In this document: positions 10,148 through 19,613 of the stretch, piece by piece
Layout of the letters: every line of letters starts with the position of its first letter
Position numbering within the stretch: the first letter of the stretch is position 1
Assembly: GCA_963832395.1 (NCBI GenBank)
Contig: CAWHTV010000003.1
Coordinates: forward strand, 199,323 to 263,322
DNA from: an uncultured delta proteobacterium
Lineage (GTDB): Bacteria; Desulfobacterota; Binatia; Binatales; Binataceae
Length of the DNA stretch: 64,000 nucleotides
Direction of reading: 5' to 3'
Made by a program: the position numbers and the translations under genes
Notes under the pieces: generated by a model
The model's input: the letters and a program-made list of their open reading frames with translations, nothing else
Told to the model about the DNA's origin: nothing
Databases searched by the model: none

Positions 10148-11401
10148 TCAGTTGAAGCCCATCAGCTCGCGGTAGTACTGCCAGAAGCCGCGAATCGCCG
10201 ATTCGGTTACCAGATGTTCCTGGCTGCCTGTGCCGCGTCCGCCCAGTTCGATGAAGGAGCAGGCGTCTTGCTCGCGCACGATCGCCTGCTGTACCAACTC
10301 GATCGCGTGCCCGTCTTCCAGCGAGATGAAGCCCGCTGGCCCGACCAGATTGGCTTGCTTGATGCGCATCATGCGCATCTCCTCGTCGTCATCCTCGTAG
10401 CCAAAGAAGGTGAAAATGAGCTCGAACTGATCCGGCCCCTTGGGTATGATCTGCCGGGCCGCGAGCGTGTTGGAGATCTGCTGCACGACCAGGCAGGGGA
10501 AAATCGCGTGGATTGAAAACGTCAACGCGACCTCATACTCCTGCCGCGACGCCATCAGCGAGGGATCCGCCAGCGCATACTGCGCCTGGTAGGTCTTGAT
10601 GCCCTCGGCAGTGTAGGCCGCCGTCTCGCCCTGAGCTTCCCGCTGATAGCCGTGCAGCAGATTGTGCCGCCCACGCTCATCGCTAAGCGTGCCGCCAATT
10701 TGCGAGGAGCGCGCTATCCTGAACGTCGCGTTGAACAGATGCAGCAAGCTTGCGTGGTAAGGATCCCGAACGTTCTCGTTGTAAAGTTTCCAGTTTCCCC
10801 CGATCCATTGCCGCGCATAACCGAGCACCCGCACCGGCCGGTTGAATACCCGGTCCAGCCACGGCCGCATGATCGGGCCAAGATAATCCTCAAGCGGTTC
10901 CACCTCTTCCGCGAAAGAAACGAACACCAGGCCGTGGTAGGCGGCGATCCTGAGCTTGCGCAGCGAATGCTGTGAAGCGTCGAAGTCGGGCGCGTAACCG
11001 CCCTTGCCGTCGATGCCCTTGCGGAAGGGCACGCCGATCAGATTGCCCTCCAGGTCGTAGCTCCATTGATGGTAGATGCAGAGATGGCTTGGGCGGTTGC
11101 CGCGCAATTCCCGGCAGACCAGCGCGCCGCGATGGGCGCAGCGGTTGACGAACGCGTGCAGCCCGCCCTCCTTGCCCCGGGTGATGACGATCGGAGTGTC
11201 GCCCACGAAGGCCGCCTTGAAATCACCCGGATTGGGGACCTCCGCTTCCAGCGCGACGTAGTTCCACACCGGCCCGCGAAACAACCGCTCCTGCTCCAGC
11301 GCGTGAATCGCCGGATCGAAAAAAACCCGATAGGGCACCCGCGCCGGACCTTCGGCGGGCCAAGCAACCTCGCTATGCGATTGGGCGTTGAACGTCGCCA
11401 T
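10148..11401 (-). CDS. Rieske non-heme iron oxygenase, alpha (large) subunit
   Basis: The internal ATG at 11401 gives MATFNAQSH.... The Rieske motif is CAHRGALVC...CIYHQWSY. The mononuclear Fe motif is NVRDPYHASLLH. The protein is 417 aa. Confidence 0.9.
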   Translation of the reverse strand: MATFNAQSHSEVAWPAEGPARVPYRVFFDPAIHALEQERLFRGPVWNYVALEAEVPNPGDFKAAFVGDTPIVITRGKEGGLHAFVNRCAHRGALVCRELRGNRPSHLCIYHQWSYDLEGNLIGVPFRKGIDGKGGYAPDFDASQHSLRKLRIAAYHGLVFVSFAEEVEPLEDYLGPIMRPWLDRVFNRPVRVLGYARQWIGGNWKLYNENVRDPYHASLLHLFNATFRIARSSQIGGTLSDERGRHNLLHGYQREAQGETAAYTAEGIKTYQAQYALADPSLMASRQEYEVALTFSIHAIFPCLVVQQISNTLAARQIIPKGPDQFELIFTFFGYEDDDEEMRMMRIKQANLVGPAGFISLEDGHAIELVQQAIVREQDACSFIELGGRGTGSQEHLVTESAIRGFWQYYRELMGFN

Positions 11402-11426
11402 GTTCGTTCTCCCTTGCTTGCGATCT

Positions 11427-12296
11427 CTATCGGTCTTGGCCGACTTCCTGGCTGATATCTCGCCTGGCCGCGCGTGGTTCGGCGAGGCGATAACCAAGCT
11501 CGGCCGACAGTTTGTCCGCCGCGCTGATGACTGTTGCGGCGAGTATCGCGAGGCTGTCATCGGGGATCCTGTAAGCCGGCCCAAGGATGCCCAGCGCCGC
11601 GGTTACCTGGCCGGAGTGCTCGCGCACAGCCGCGGCAATGCATCTCAGACCGTCTTCGGTCTCCTCATCGTCGAGCGCGAACCCACGCTTGCGCACTCGC
11701 TCCAATTCTCCGCGCAGCCGCGCGATCGAGGTGATCGTTTTTCGCGTGTAGGCACGCAGCCGGCCCTTGCCAAGCACGGCCATCAGTTTGCTCTCCGGCG
11801 CAAACGCCAGCAGAACCTTGCCCACCGCAGTGGAATGCGCCGGATGGCGCCAGCCGACGCTGGTGGGAACTCTTACCGCGCGCGAGGATTCGACTCGCTC
11901 CAGCACCAGCGCCTCGCCGCCATCCAGCACACTCAGATATGCGGTCTCGCCGGTGCGCGAAACCAACCGCTCCAGGTGCGGCCGCACCCGTTCGGTCAAA
12001 TCGAACTGCGCGACCGCCTTGCTTCCGAGTTCGAACAGCTTGAGTCCCAACCGGTACAGACCGCTCTCCGCGCTCTTTTGGACGAAGCGATGCCCCTCCA
12101 GGACCATCAGCAACCGCATCGTCGTACTTTTGGGGAGATCCAGGCTTTTGGAAAGCTTGACCAGCGACAACGGCTGGCCCTCGTCGGCCAGCACCTCGAG
12201 CACGCTGAGCGCCCGGTCGATAACCTGAACGCGGTAGGCCGGCCCCTTGAGTTTATTCGCGCTTGCTCCGTTCGCGTTCATTCGGTCGCGTTCCAA
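11427..12296 (-). CDS. IclR family transcriptional regulator
   Basis: 289-aa ORF with an N-terminal wHTH (VIDRALSVLEVLADEGQPLSLVKLSKSLDLPKSTTMRLL) and a C-terminal IclR effector domain (...GFALDDEETEDGLRCIAAAV). Its stop is 25 nt before the oxygenase alpha-subunit start. Confidence 0.9.
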   Translation of the reverse strand: MERDRMNANGASANKLKGPAYRVQVIDRALSVLEVLADEGQPLSLVKLSKSLDLPKSTTMRLLMVLEGHRFVQKSAESGLYRLGLKLFELGSKAVAQFDLTERVRPHLERLVSRTGETAYLSVLDGGEALVLERVESSRAVRVPTSVGWRHPAHSTAVGKVLLAFAPESKLMAVLGKGRLRAYTRKTITSIARLRGELERVRKRGFALDDEETEDGLRCIAAAVREHSGQVTAALGILGPAYRIPDDSLAILAATVISAADKLSAELGYRLAEPRAARRDISQEVGQDR

Positions 12297-12465
12297 CTGG
12301 CGGAACTTCGTACCGTATAGCGCGACGAGCGCGAGGGCGTCAAACCTGGCAAATCACGCGGCACAAGAATGCCGCGCGAGATCATTCGAGTCCGCTCGCA
12401 GATTCACTTTGCTCAGGATGACGAGCTGTTGCGTGCAACTTATTAGTGGGACACTCCGACAATCG

Positions 12466-13089
12466 ATGGTCCGCAAAGAGTTTCGCCCGAGGGGACGGCT
12501 CGACGTAGCCGCGGACTATGCCTTCCTGCTGCCGGCTTGGGTGTTGTCCGATCTGCTGGGCGTGAAAGAGGAGGATCGCTCGAAGGTCGTGCAATGGTCG
12601 GTTGATTTCATCGATTTTTTCAACTTCGTGCCGATCACCGTGGACACGGCGAGCCGCATGGTTCGCAGCACGCGCGCGCTGCGCGAGTACACGGTCGGGC
12701 TTTTGGCCGAGCGCCGCGCGGCGCCGCGCCACGACTTCCTCGGCACCCTGCTCGAGGCCGGCGAGCTGAGCGATGACGAGATTGTCGCCAACGCCATGCT
12801 GCTGTTGATCGCCGGTCACGTCGCGGTGCGCAATCTGATCGGCAATGCGGTCTACCTGCTGCTGATCCATCCCGAACAGTTCGCGCGGCTTAAGTCCGAC
12901 CCCGCCCTGCTTTCGAACGCGATCGAGGAGACCCTGCGCTATGAGCCTCCCGTGGTGATGATCCCGCGCGTCGCGCTCGAGGCGCTCTTCGCCAGAAGCC
13001 CGGATCTGCGCCTGGACGATTCCCGGCAAATCGTGTGGTATCGCAACGCCGGCAATCGCGGCCCGATCAATCTGCCCATCCTGCTCTGA
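12466..13089 (+). pseudogene. cytochrome P450 remnant (N-terminal third and heme-binding loop missing)
   Basis: It contains the P450 substrate-recognition region (DYAFLLPAWVLSDLLGVKEEDR), the I-helix (MLLLIAGHVAVRN) and the K-helix ExxR (EETLRYEPP). It then jumps straight to the C-terminal tail (PDLRLDD...VWYRNAGNRGPINLPILL). No FxxGxHxCxG Cys-ligand loop is present in any frame here. Confidence 0.6.
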
Positions 13090-13185
13090 CGAAGCCCACC
13101 ACCGCGATGCGCCAGGATCCGCGGGCTCTTGCCGAGTATCCGTTCTTTGTGTCGATAATCATTGACGCCTGTACAGGAGAATTTC

Positions 13186-14607
13186 GTGCGTACCCGCATC
13201 ATTCATCTCATCAATCCGAAAACGGATTCGCTTACGACCCGCCCGCTGTACATGAATCGAGCGCTGTACTCTCCGCTTGCAGGCTTACTCGCAGTTGCCG
13301 CATCCATTCCACGCGACCAGTACGAAGTGGTGCTCACGGACGAGAACATCGAGACGATCGACTTCGATTTGAAGGCGGACCTCGTCGGGATTTCCGCGAT
13401 GACGAGTTACGTCAACCGCGGCTACGAAATCGCCGACCAATTCCGCGCCAAGGGCGTGCCCGTCGTCATGGGCGGCGTGCATCCAAGCTTCATGCCGCAG
13501 GAAGCGCTGAAGCATTGCGATGCTGTCGTTATCGGCGAAGTCGAGCTCGTGATCGACAAGCTGCTCGATGATCTCAAACAGGGGTCGATGCGCGGAACCT
13601 ACAAGTCGGACACGCTGCATCCGATGGTCGGGATGCCGATGCCGCGTTACGATCTCCTGAAGAAGAACCGCTACGTGAACCGCACTTTCGTCCAGACTTC
13701 GCGCGGCTGCCATCAAGGCTGCACGTTCTGCGCCGAGCCGCTGATGAACGGCCTCAAGTTCCGCTATCGGCCGGTCGACGAGGTGATTCACGAGATGGAG
13801 AACTGCGGTGCGCGCACCATCTCGATCAACGACGCCGACTTTTTCGGTACGCCGGAGCGTCCGAAGGAAGTGATGCGCGCGTTGAAGGGACGCGGCATCC
13901 AATGGCAGGCCGGCGTCACCTCCAAACTTGCGCAGGACGACCGCATGCTCGAGCTCGCGGCCGAAAGCGGCTGCACGATGCTGAGCATCGGCTTTGAGTC
14001 GATCTCGCGCGCGACGCTCAAAAGCGTGCACAAGCATGTCAATCGGCCGGAGACCTTCGCCGCCCTGGTGGAGAAGGTGCACTCCTACGGGATCATGGTG
14101 TTCGGCCTGTTCATGTTTGGCTTCGACGGCGACGATCGCTCGGTTTTCGACGAAACCGTCAACTTCAACATCGACGCCAAATACGATGCCTGCGCCTATT
14201 CGGCGCTTACGCCCTATCCGGGCACGCTCACCTGGTACGAGATGAAGAAGGCGAACCGCATCGTTTCCTTCGATTGGACGATGTACGATCAGGGCCACGT
14301 CGTCTATCGCCCGGCGCAGATGTCGGCGGACGAACTCCGCATCGGCCTAGGCGGCGCTTATGGAAGTTTCTATTCGACATCTTCAATCGCCAGCCGATTC
14401 CCGCTGCGCGGCAAGCGGCATCGCGCGCAATGGCTGATCTACAATCTTTTCATGCGCAAAGCCTCGCAGACCGAGAACATCGATTCAATCGCGGCGCCCA
14501 CGGCGGAGCCCGACGTTGCTCCGATGCCTCCTATCCTGCCCGTCAAGCGCGAATGGCGTGCGGCCGTGCTCGAGGCAGCAAGCGGACCGGGACCGCACCT
14601 GAGCTGA
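13186..14607 (+). CDS. B12-binding domain-containing radical SAM protein (class B)
   Basis: GTG at 13186 is 7 nt after AGGAG (the track ORF starts at an upstream TTG at 13162). The N-terminal cobalamin-binding-type Rossmann segment is DLVGISAMTSYVNRGYEIADQFRAKGVPVVMGGVHPS. The CxxxCxxC radical SAM cluster motif is SRGCHQGCTFC. Confidence 0.85.
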   Translation: MRTRIIHLINPKTDSLTTRPLYMNRALYSPLAGLLAVAASIPRDQYEVVLTDENIETIDFDLKADLVGISAMTSYVNRGYEIADQFRAKGVPVVMGGVHPSFMPQEALKHCDAVVIGEVELVIDKLLDDLKQGSMRGTYKSDTLHPMVGMPMPRYDLLKKNRYVNRTFVQTSRGCHQGCTFCAEPLMNGLKFRYRPVDEVIHEMENCGARTISINDADFFGTPERPKEVMRALKGRGIQWQAGVTSKLAQDDRMLELAAESGCTMLSIGFESISRATLKSVHKHVNRPETFAALVEKVHSYGIMVFGLFMFGFDGDDRSVFDETVNFNIDAKYDACAYSALTPYPGTLTWYEMKKANRIVSFDWTMYDQGHVVYRPAQMSADELRIGLGGAYGSFYSTSSIASRFPLRGKRHRAQWLIYNLFMRKASQTENIDSIAAPTAEPDVAPMPPILPVKREWRAAVLEAASGPGPHLS

Positions 14608-14689
14608 AGCGGTATCCACAAGAAAAACTTACGAAGTGTGCGTCAGGCGTGTCGGAAGGTATCCGCACAAGTACAAATCGAGGATCGAT

Positions 14690-15682
14690 ATGACTGCAGG
14701 CGCGCATGATCTTTCCGCCCCCTGGACGCTCGCGAACTACCTGGACAATTCCACGCGCGCCGATCGGCTTACGGGCGGTGTGCGACGCATCCCGATCACG
14801 ACGCCGCGTGGCATATTCAAGGTCTGGACCAAGCGCGTCGGCAACAATCCGCGCATCAAACTGTTGTTGTTGCACGGCGGCCCTGGTTGCACGCACGAGT
14901 ACTTCGAAGCGTGCGACTCCTATCTTCCCGCCGCGGGCATCGAATACTACTACTATGATCAGTTGGGCTCCTATTACAGCGACCAGCCCGATTTTGACGA
15001 TCTGTGGGAACTGCCACGCTTCGTCGACGAGGTTGAACAGGTTCGCCTGGCACTCGGCCTGGACGCCTCCAATTTCTTTCTGCTCGGCCATTCATGGGGC
15101 GGAGTACTCGCCATCGAGTACGCGCTGCACTACCAGCAGCACCTGAAGGGATTGGTGATCTCGAATATGATGGCGAGTTTCCAGGCCTACAACGCATACG
15201 CCGAGCGGGTGCTCATGCCCACCATGGATCCGGCGGCGCTTACGGAGATCAAGCAGTTTGAGGCGGCCAAGGATTACACGAACCCGCGTTATATGGAATT
15301 GCTGATGCAGCACCACTACATTCACCACGTGCTGCGCTTGCCGCTCGGCGAGTGGCCGGATCCGGTCGAGCGGACCTTCAAACACCTCAATTCAAAAGTC
15401 TACATCCCGATGCAGGGCCCGAGTGAGCTCGGGGCCAGCGGCAAGCTGATGCAATGGGACCGGACCGCTGAACTGCGTCATATCGGCGTTCCGAGTCTGA
15501 CTATCGGGGCGCGCCATGACACGATGGATCCGTCCCATATGGAAGCGATGGCTCGCAGCCTGCCGCATGGCCGCTATCTGGACTGTCCCGACGGCAGCCA
15601 CATGGCGATGTACGATGATCAGCAAAGGTACTTTGCTGGCCTGATCGGCTTTCTCCAAGATGTCGATCGCCAGCGGTCGTAA
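14690..15682 (+). CDS. proline iminopeptidase-family alpha/beta hydrolase
   Basis: ATG at 14690 follows GAGGA. Motifs are LLLLHGGPGCTHEYF, the nucleophile elbow LLGHSWGG, and C-terminal GARHDTMDP...DGSHMAMYDD. This is the typical prolyl aminopeptidase (tricorn F1-like) pattern. Confidence 0.85.
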   Translation: MTAGAHDLSAPWTLANYLDNSTRADRLTGGVRRIPITTPRGIFKVWTKRVGNNPRIKLLLLHGGPGCTHEYFEACDSYLPAAGIEYYYYDQLGSYYSDQPDFDDLWELPRFVDEVEQVRLALGLDASNFFLLGHSWGGVLAIEYALHYQQHLKGLVISNMMASFQAYNAYAERVLMPTMDPAALTEIKQFEAAKDYTNPRYMELLMQHHYIHHVLRLPLGEWPDPVERTFKHLNSKVYIPMQGPSELGASGKLMQWDRTAELRHIGVPSLTIGARHDTMDPSHMEAMARSLPHGRYLDCPDGSHMAMYDDQQRYFAGLIGFLQDVDRQRS

Positions 15683-17077
15683 GCCCGTGCCCTCCGATCA
15701 GCGAGCCCGGACTCGCGGCACAAGCGCCCGATCCCAGTTCTCGCCTGGAGCAGTTTGGCTACCAGGAGCAGTTACATCGCACGCTCACCACTCGGGATCT
15801 GGTCGTCTACGGCATGATCTTTATGGTGCCCATCGCGCCATATTCCGTATTCGGTTTCGTCTGGAATGATTCCAGGGGCATGGTCCCGCTCGCCTATTTG
15901 GTCGGCCTCATCGGCATGTTCTTCACTGCCCTGAGTTACGCCGCGATGTCGCGTGCGTTTCCGCTGGCCGGCTCGGTATACACATACGCACAACGGGGCT
16001 TGCATGATCTCGCTGGCTTCTTCTCCGGCTGGCTGATTCTGCTCGACTACATTCTTGTACCGGCGCTCTTGTACATCTTCAGTGCCATTGCTCTGCGGGG
16101 GCTGCTCCCAGTCATGCCCGAATGGGCGTGGCTCCTGGGATTCATCGGCTTCAACGCCGTCGTGAACCTGCTCGGAATCCAGTTCACGGCGCGGGTCAAT
16201 TGGTACATGCTGCTGATGGAACTGATTACTCTGACTCTGTTTGTCGCCTTTGGGCTCGCCGCGCTTTACCACGGTCGCGGCGCCGGTGGGCTGACCCTCA
16301 GGCCGATTTACAACCCGAGTGTATTTTCATTGGCCACGGTGGTCGGCGCCACGTCGATCGCGGTGCTGTCGTTTCTCGGTTTTGACGGGATTTCCACGCT
16401 GTCCGAAGAGAGCCGCGGCGGTCAGGGCGCGGTAGCCCGCGCCACGTTGCTGTCGCTCGCACTGATCGGCGGGCTATTTATTCTGCAGACCTGGATCGCC
16501 ACCGACTTGGCGCAAGGCATGCGGTTCTCTTCGCCAGCGACGGCGTTTTACGAGATTTCGGAGCGCGCTGGGGGAGCCTGGCTGCGCCTGAGTCACGATC
16601 GGCGCGGTGGCTGTCGCCTCGGGGATCGCCAACGCCCTGGTCGCGCAGGCCGCCGTAGCGCGCATCCTTTTCGCGATGGCCCGCGATGGCAAGTTGCCCG
16701 CGGTGTTGGCCAAGATTCATCCCCGCTATAAGACCCCGTACGTCAGCACGTTGGTCGTCGCCGGGGTGTCATTGATGGTCGGTCTGTTCTTCTCCGAGCG
16801 CGTGGATGATCTGACCCGGATAGTCAATTTCGGTGCGCTCACCAGTTTCCTGCTGCTCCATCTTTCGGTGATCAACCACTACTTTGTTCGCCAACGCAGT
16901 GGCGCGTGGTTACGCCACCTGATCTTGCCGATGGCAGGATTCACGGTTATTGCCTACGTTCTCTACGAAATGGACAACGCCGCGAAGGTTCTGGGAGCGT
17001 GCTGGATTGCAATCGGCGCGCTTTACTATCTCATCCTGTCTTACGTCCTGAAGAAACCGGTCGCGCTTGAGGTCTGA
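15660..17077 (+). pseudogene. APC-family amino acid/polyamine permease (PuuP-like), reading frame broken twice
   Basis: Three consecutive frames carry the gene. The ATG at 15660 gives MSIASGRKPV.... The next frame gives ...SSRLEQFGYQEQLHRTLTTRDLVVYGMIFMVPIAPYSVFG...AGGAWLRL (no start codon of its own upstream of 15814). The third frame, from about 16590, gives VTIGAVAVASGIANALVAQAAVARILFAMARDGKLP... and runs to 17077. Each break is consistent with a single-nucleotide insertion. Confidence 0.75.
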
Positions 17078-17995
17078 ACGAATCAGGCAACAACCGCAAC
17101 TGCCGATATCAATCGGAAAAACGCGATATGGCGCGAGCGCCTCGACTGCGCGATCATCAAGCGCGCCAGAGGCGTCAGATTGCAGCGGCTGAATACAAAC
17201 ATGAGTCGCGCCGGCGGCAAAGTGCTCCGATATCCGGTCGTGGATTTTGCTCTCCGATCCCCACGCCACGATCGCGTCAACGAGGCGGTCGCTGCCCCCC
17301 TCGGCGAGATCGGTATCTGTGAACCCCAGCGATTTAAGATTTTTCGTGTAGTTGGGCAGCGACAAATAAAAGCTCATGTATTGCCTGGCAGCCTGCCGCG
17401 CCCTGGCCTTATCGCTCTCGAGAACCACCGCCTGCTCAACGCAAATCCATGCCAGCGGACCCATTTCGGCTCTCGCTCTGGCCGTGTGTGAAGGCGGAAC
17501 AAAGTAGGTGTGGGTGCCTTTGGTCTCGGCGGCGGCAAGCTGGATCATCCGGGGATGGAGTGCGGCGATGACAATCGGAACTTCTTCCCGCGGCGCAACC
17601 GCGTTGTAAACCGCGCTTTTCAGACCTGCCACATAGTTCTTCATGTGGGTGAAGGGCTTGCTGTAGTCGTGCCCGCGAAGATCGACTACCAGCGGCTTGT
17701 GACTGACACCCAGTCCGAGCACGAAGCGGCCGCCTGCCAACTCGGCCACCGTCTTTGCGCAGGACATCATGGTCAGCGTGTCGCGCGACCAGATGTTGGC
17801 GATGCCGGTGGCGAGCGCGATGCGCTCGGTATGGCTCAGCAGATAAGCCGCGTGGCTGAAAGGGTCGCGGCCCCAGGCCTCGGGAATCCAAAATGCGCCA
17901 TAGCCGAGCCGTTCCAGCTTGGCGGCCAGCCGTAGAGTCTCGGCCGCGGGCATCTTATCGCAAATCGCCCACAGCCCCAGTTTTCCGATATTCAT
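16910..17995 (-). CDS. LLM-class (luciferase-like) F420/flavin-dependent oxidoreductase; 3' end uncertain
   Basis: The internal ATG at 17995 gives MNIGKLGLWAICDKMPAAETLRLAAKLERLGYGAFWIPEAWGRDPF...GLGVSHKPLV..., an LLM family pattern. After ...DDRAVEALAP the ORF runs about 60 further codons across the 3' end of the convergent permease gene. The alternative frame stops within 6 codons, so a terminal indel is possible. Confidence 0.75.
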   Translation of the reverse strand: MNIGKLGLWAICDKMPAAETLRLAAKLERLGYGAFWIPEAWGRDPFSHAAYLLSHTERIALATGIANIWSRDTLTMMSCAKTVAELAGGRFVLGLGVSHKPLVVDLRGHDYSKPFTHMKNYVAGLKSAVYNAVAPREEVPIVIAALHPRMIQLAAAETKGTHTYFVPPSHTARARAEMGPLAWICVEQAVVLESDKARARQAARQYMSFYLSLPNYTKNLKSLGFTDTDLAEGGSDRLVDAIVAWGSESKIHDRISEHFAAGATHVCIQPLQSDASGALDDRAVEALAPYRVFPIDIGSCGCCLIRSDLKRDRFLQDVRQDEIVKRADCNPARSQNLRGVVHFVENVGNNRESCHRQDQVA

Positions 17996-18107
17996 CGGGA
18001 TTTCCTTTTTACGCTCCGATTCCAACTCGCCTTGTAGACCCAAACGGCCTCCCTGGCAAGGTTCGGCGCGCGAACGCGGTGAGCGTACGTTGGGTGCGGA
18101 GCGGGTC

Positions 18108-18936
18108 TCACAGCCGAAGGCAGGCTTCGGCCGCGAGATGAAAAAGCCGCTCACGCACCGCGTGACGGTTCCATCCCCGCGGAGCCCATCGCCGGCCGGC
18201 GAGGCTGTCGCCGCCATACAGGATTTGCGCGAACTCGACGCGGCGGAAGCGCGCGACGGCGAAAAACGCCGCCGCCTCCATCTCGACCACGACACATCCT
18301 TCATTCTGCCGCCGCGTCATCCGCGGTCGCGTCTCGCGATACACCGCGTCGGTGGTCCAGGTCTTACCGCGGACGTAATCGTGATTGTTCTCGCGCAGTA
18401 CCGCCTCGATCGCCTTAAGCGCGCGCCGCGTGGGGGTGACCTCGCGCGCCGGCGGCAGATAGTGATACGAGGTGCCCTTCGTCGCGAATCGCGGCGGTCG
18501 GGACAACGATATGCCCGACGTCGATGGATCCGACGAGGACTCCGGCGCCGCCGCAGGCGACGAACTTGCGGCATCCGAGCGCTATCATGTGCTCCAGGCG
18601 CGCCGCCGCGTTGGGAGCGCCGACTCCGGGATGAACGACGGCGAGCCGCCGGCCTCCATAGTCCAGCTCGTAGACCGGGTAGTCGCCCGCTTCGCTCTCG
18701 CCATTGTGGACGTGGCGCGCCTGGGCACCCTCTCGAACGAGCTCCCTGATCACCTCCTGGAAGAAGCACAGAACGCAGTGCTCGGCGACGTCGATGGGTT
18801 TGATAATGCGGCTTGGTTCGATGATCGCGACGCGCGCGGAGTCGCGCTCGAGCAGCGGAACGTTCGATCCAGCCGCTGCGCGAGACGGCCGCACCAGCCG
18901 CGGAACCCCAGGGACTTTCGTTTTCCCTATTCGCAT
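18108..18936 (-). pseudogene. nucleoside phosphorylase (PNP/UDP family), one frame break
   Basis: The N-terminal ORF reads ...RLAVVHPGVGAPNAAARLEHMIALGCRKFVACGGAGVL...HIVVPTAAIRDEG. The C-terminal ORF in another frame reads GTSYHYLPPAREV...GKTWTTDAVYRET...EGCVVVEMEAAAFFAVA. They join at about 18480 if one C is removed (GAAGGG-C-ACCTCG). Confidence 0.7.
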
Positions 18937-19104
18937 GTTTGGAATGGTTTTTCCTCCACTTGACGTGTCCCCAAAATGCCCGGCCTTTGGCGTGATAGTA
19001 GTTCCAGAAAGTTTCTCGCGGAAACTCGTCGCTGGCGGGCAAGTCTGCTATCAGTGACACAGAGCCGCGATTCAAATTGCGCATGGGCGCCAGCGGAGTG
19101 TGAC

Positions 19105-19578
19105 ATGAATTCGATCCCTGCCGAATTCCGAGCCGACGAGGCAGCATTGGTGATCATCGACACCCAGGAAAAATGGGTGCCGATGATACCCAACCGGCAC
19201 ACGCTGGTTGCCAACATGCGGACCCTGCTCAAGCTGGCGCGTTGCTTCGAAATGCCGATCGTGGTGGCGGAGCATCTGCCGTGGGTGATCGGCGAGACGG
19301 TCAACGAGTTGCGCGAGCTCCTGGATTCCACGACCCCGGTCATCAAAAAGACGGTTTACAATACCTTCGACGATCCGTGGAACACCGTCGCCTTCGAAGG
19401 GCTGCGCCATATCGAGTTGCACGACGGCATTCCGGCCAACGCGAGATCGCAGGGAGTAAGCGATATCTGGCTCGCGGCGCTGCCTCACGTGCTCAATCAG
19501 TTCGCCTATCAGGCCGACAAAGACCCCGCCCGCCAGAACGTGCCGCAGGCGTCACCCGCGCGGCGGCGTAGCGCTTAG
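19105..19578 (+). CDS. isochorismatase-family (cysteine hydrolase) protein, probably degenerate C-terminal half
   Basis: The ATG at 19105 gives MNSIPAEFRADEAALVIIDTQEKW...MPIVVAEH...VIKKTVYNTFDD, a typical isochorismatase-like N-terminal half. I cannot recognise the catalytic Cys segment (usually G..T..CV..TA) after residue about 100 in any frame. Confidence 0.5.
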   Translation: MNSIPAEFRADEAALVIIDTQEKWVPMIPNRHTLVANMRTLLKLARCFEMPIVVAEHLPWVIGETVNELRELLDSTTPVIKKTVYNTFDDPWNTVAFEGLRHIELHDGIPANARSQGVSDIWLAALPHVLNQFAYQADKDPARQNVPQASPARRRSA

Positions 19579-19613
19579 CCCAGGGCCCGCCGCAAGCGAT
19601 AGGACGCAAGCTG

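Noticed and set aside
13285-14298. 337-aa minus-strand ORF
   Set aside because: It is antisense to the radical SAM gene and shows no family resemblance. The same reasoning applies to 11388-12320(+), 17919-18749(+) and 18317-19147(-), which are Arg-rich mirrors of real genes.
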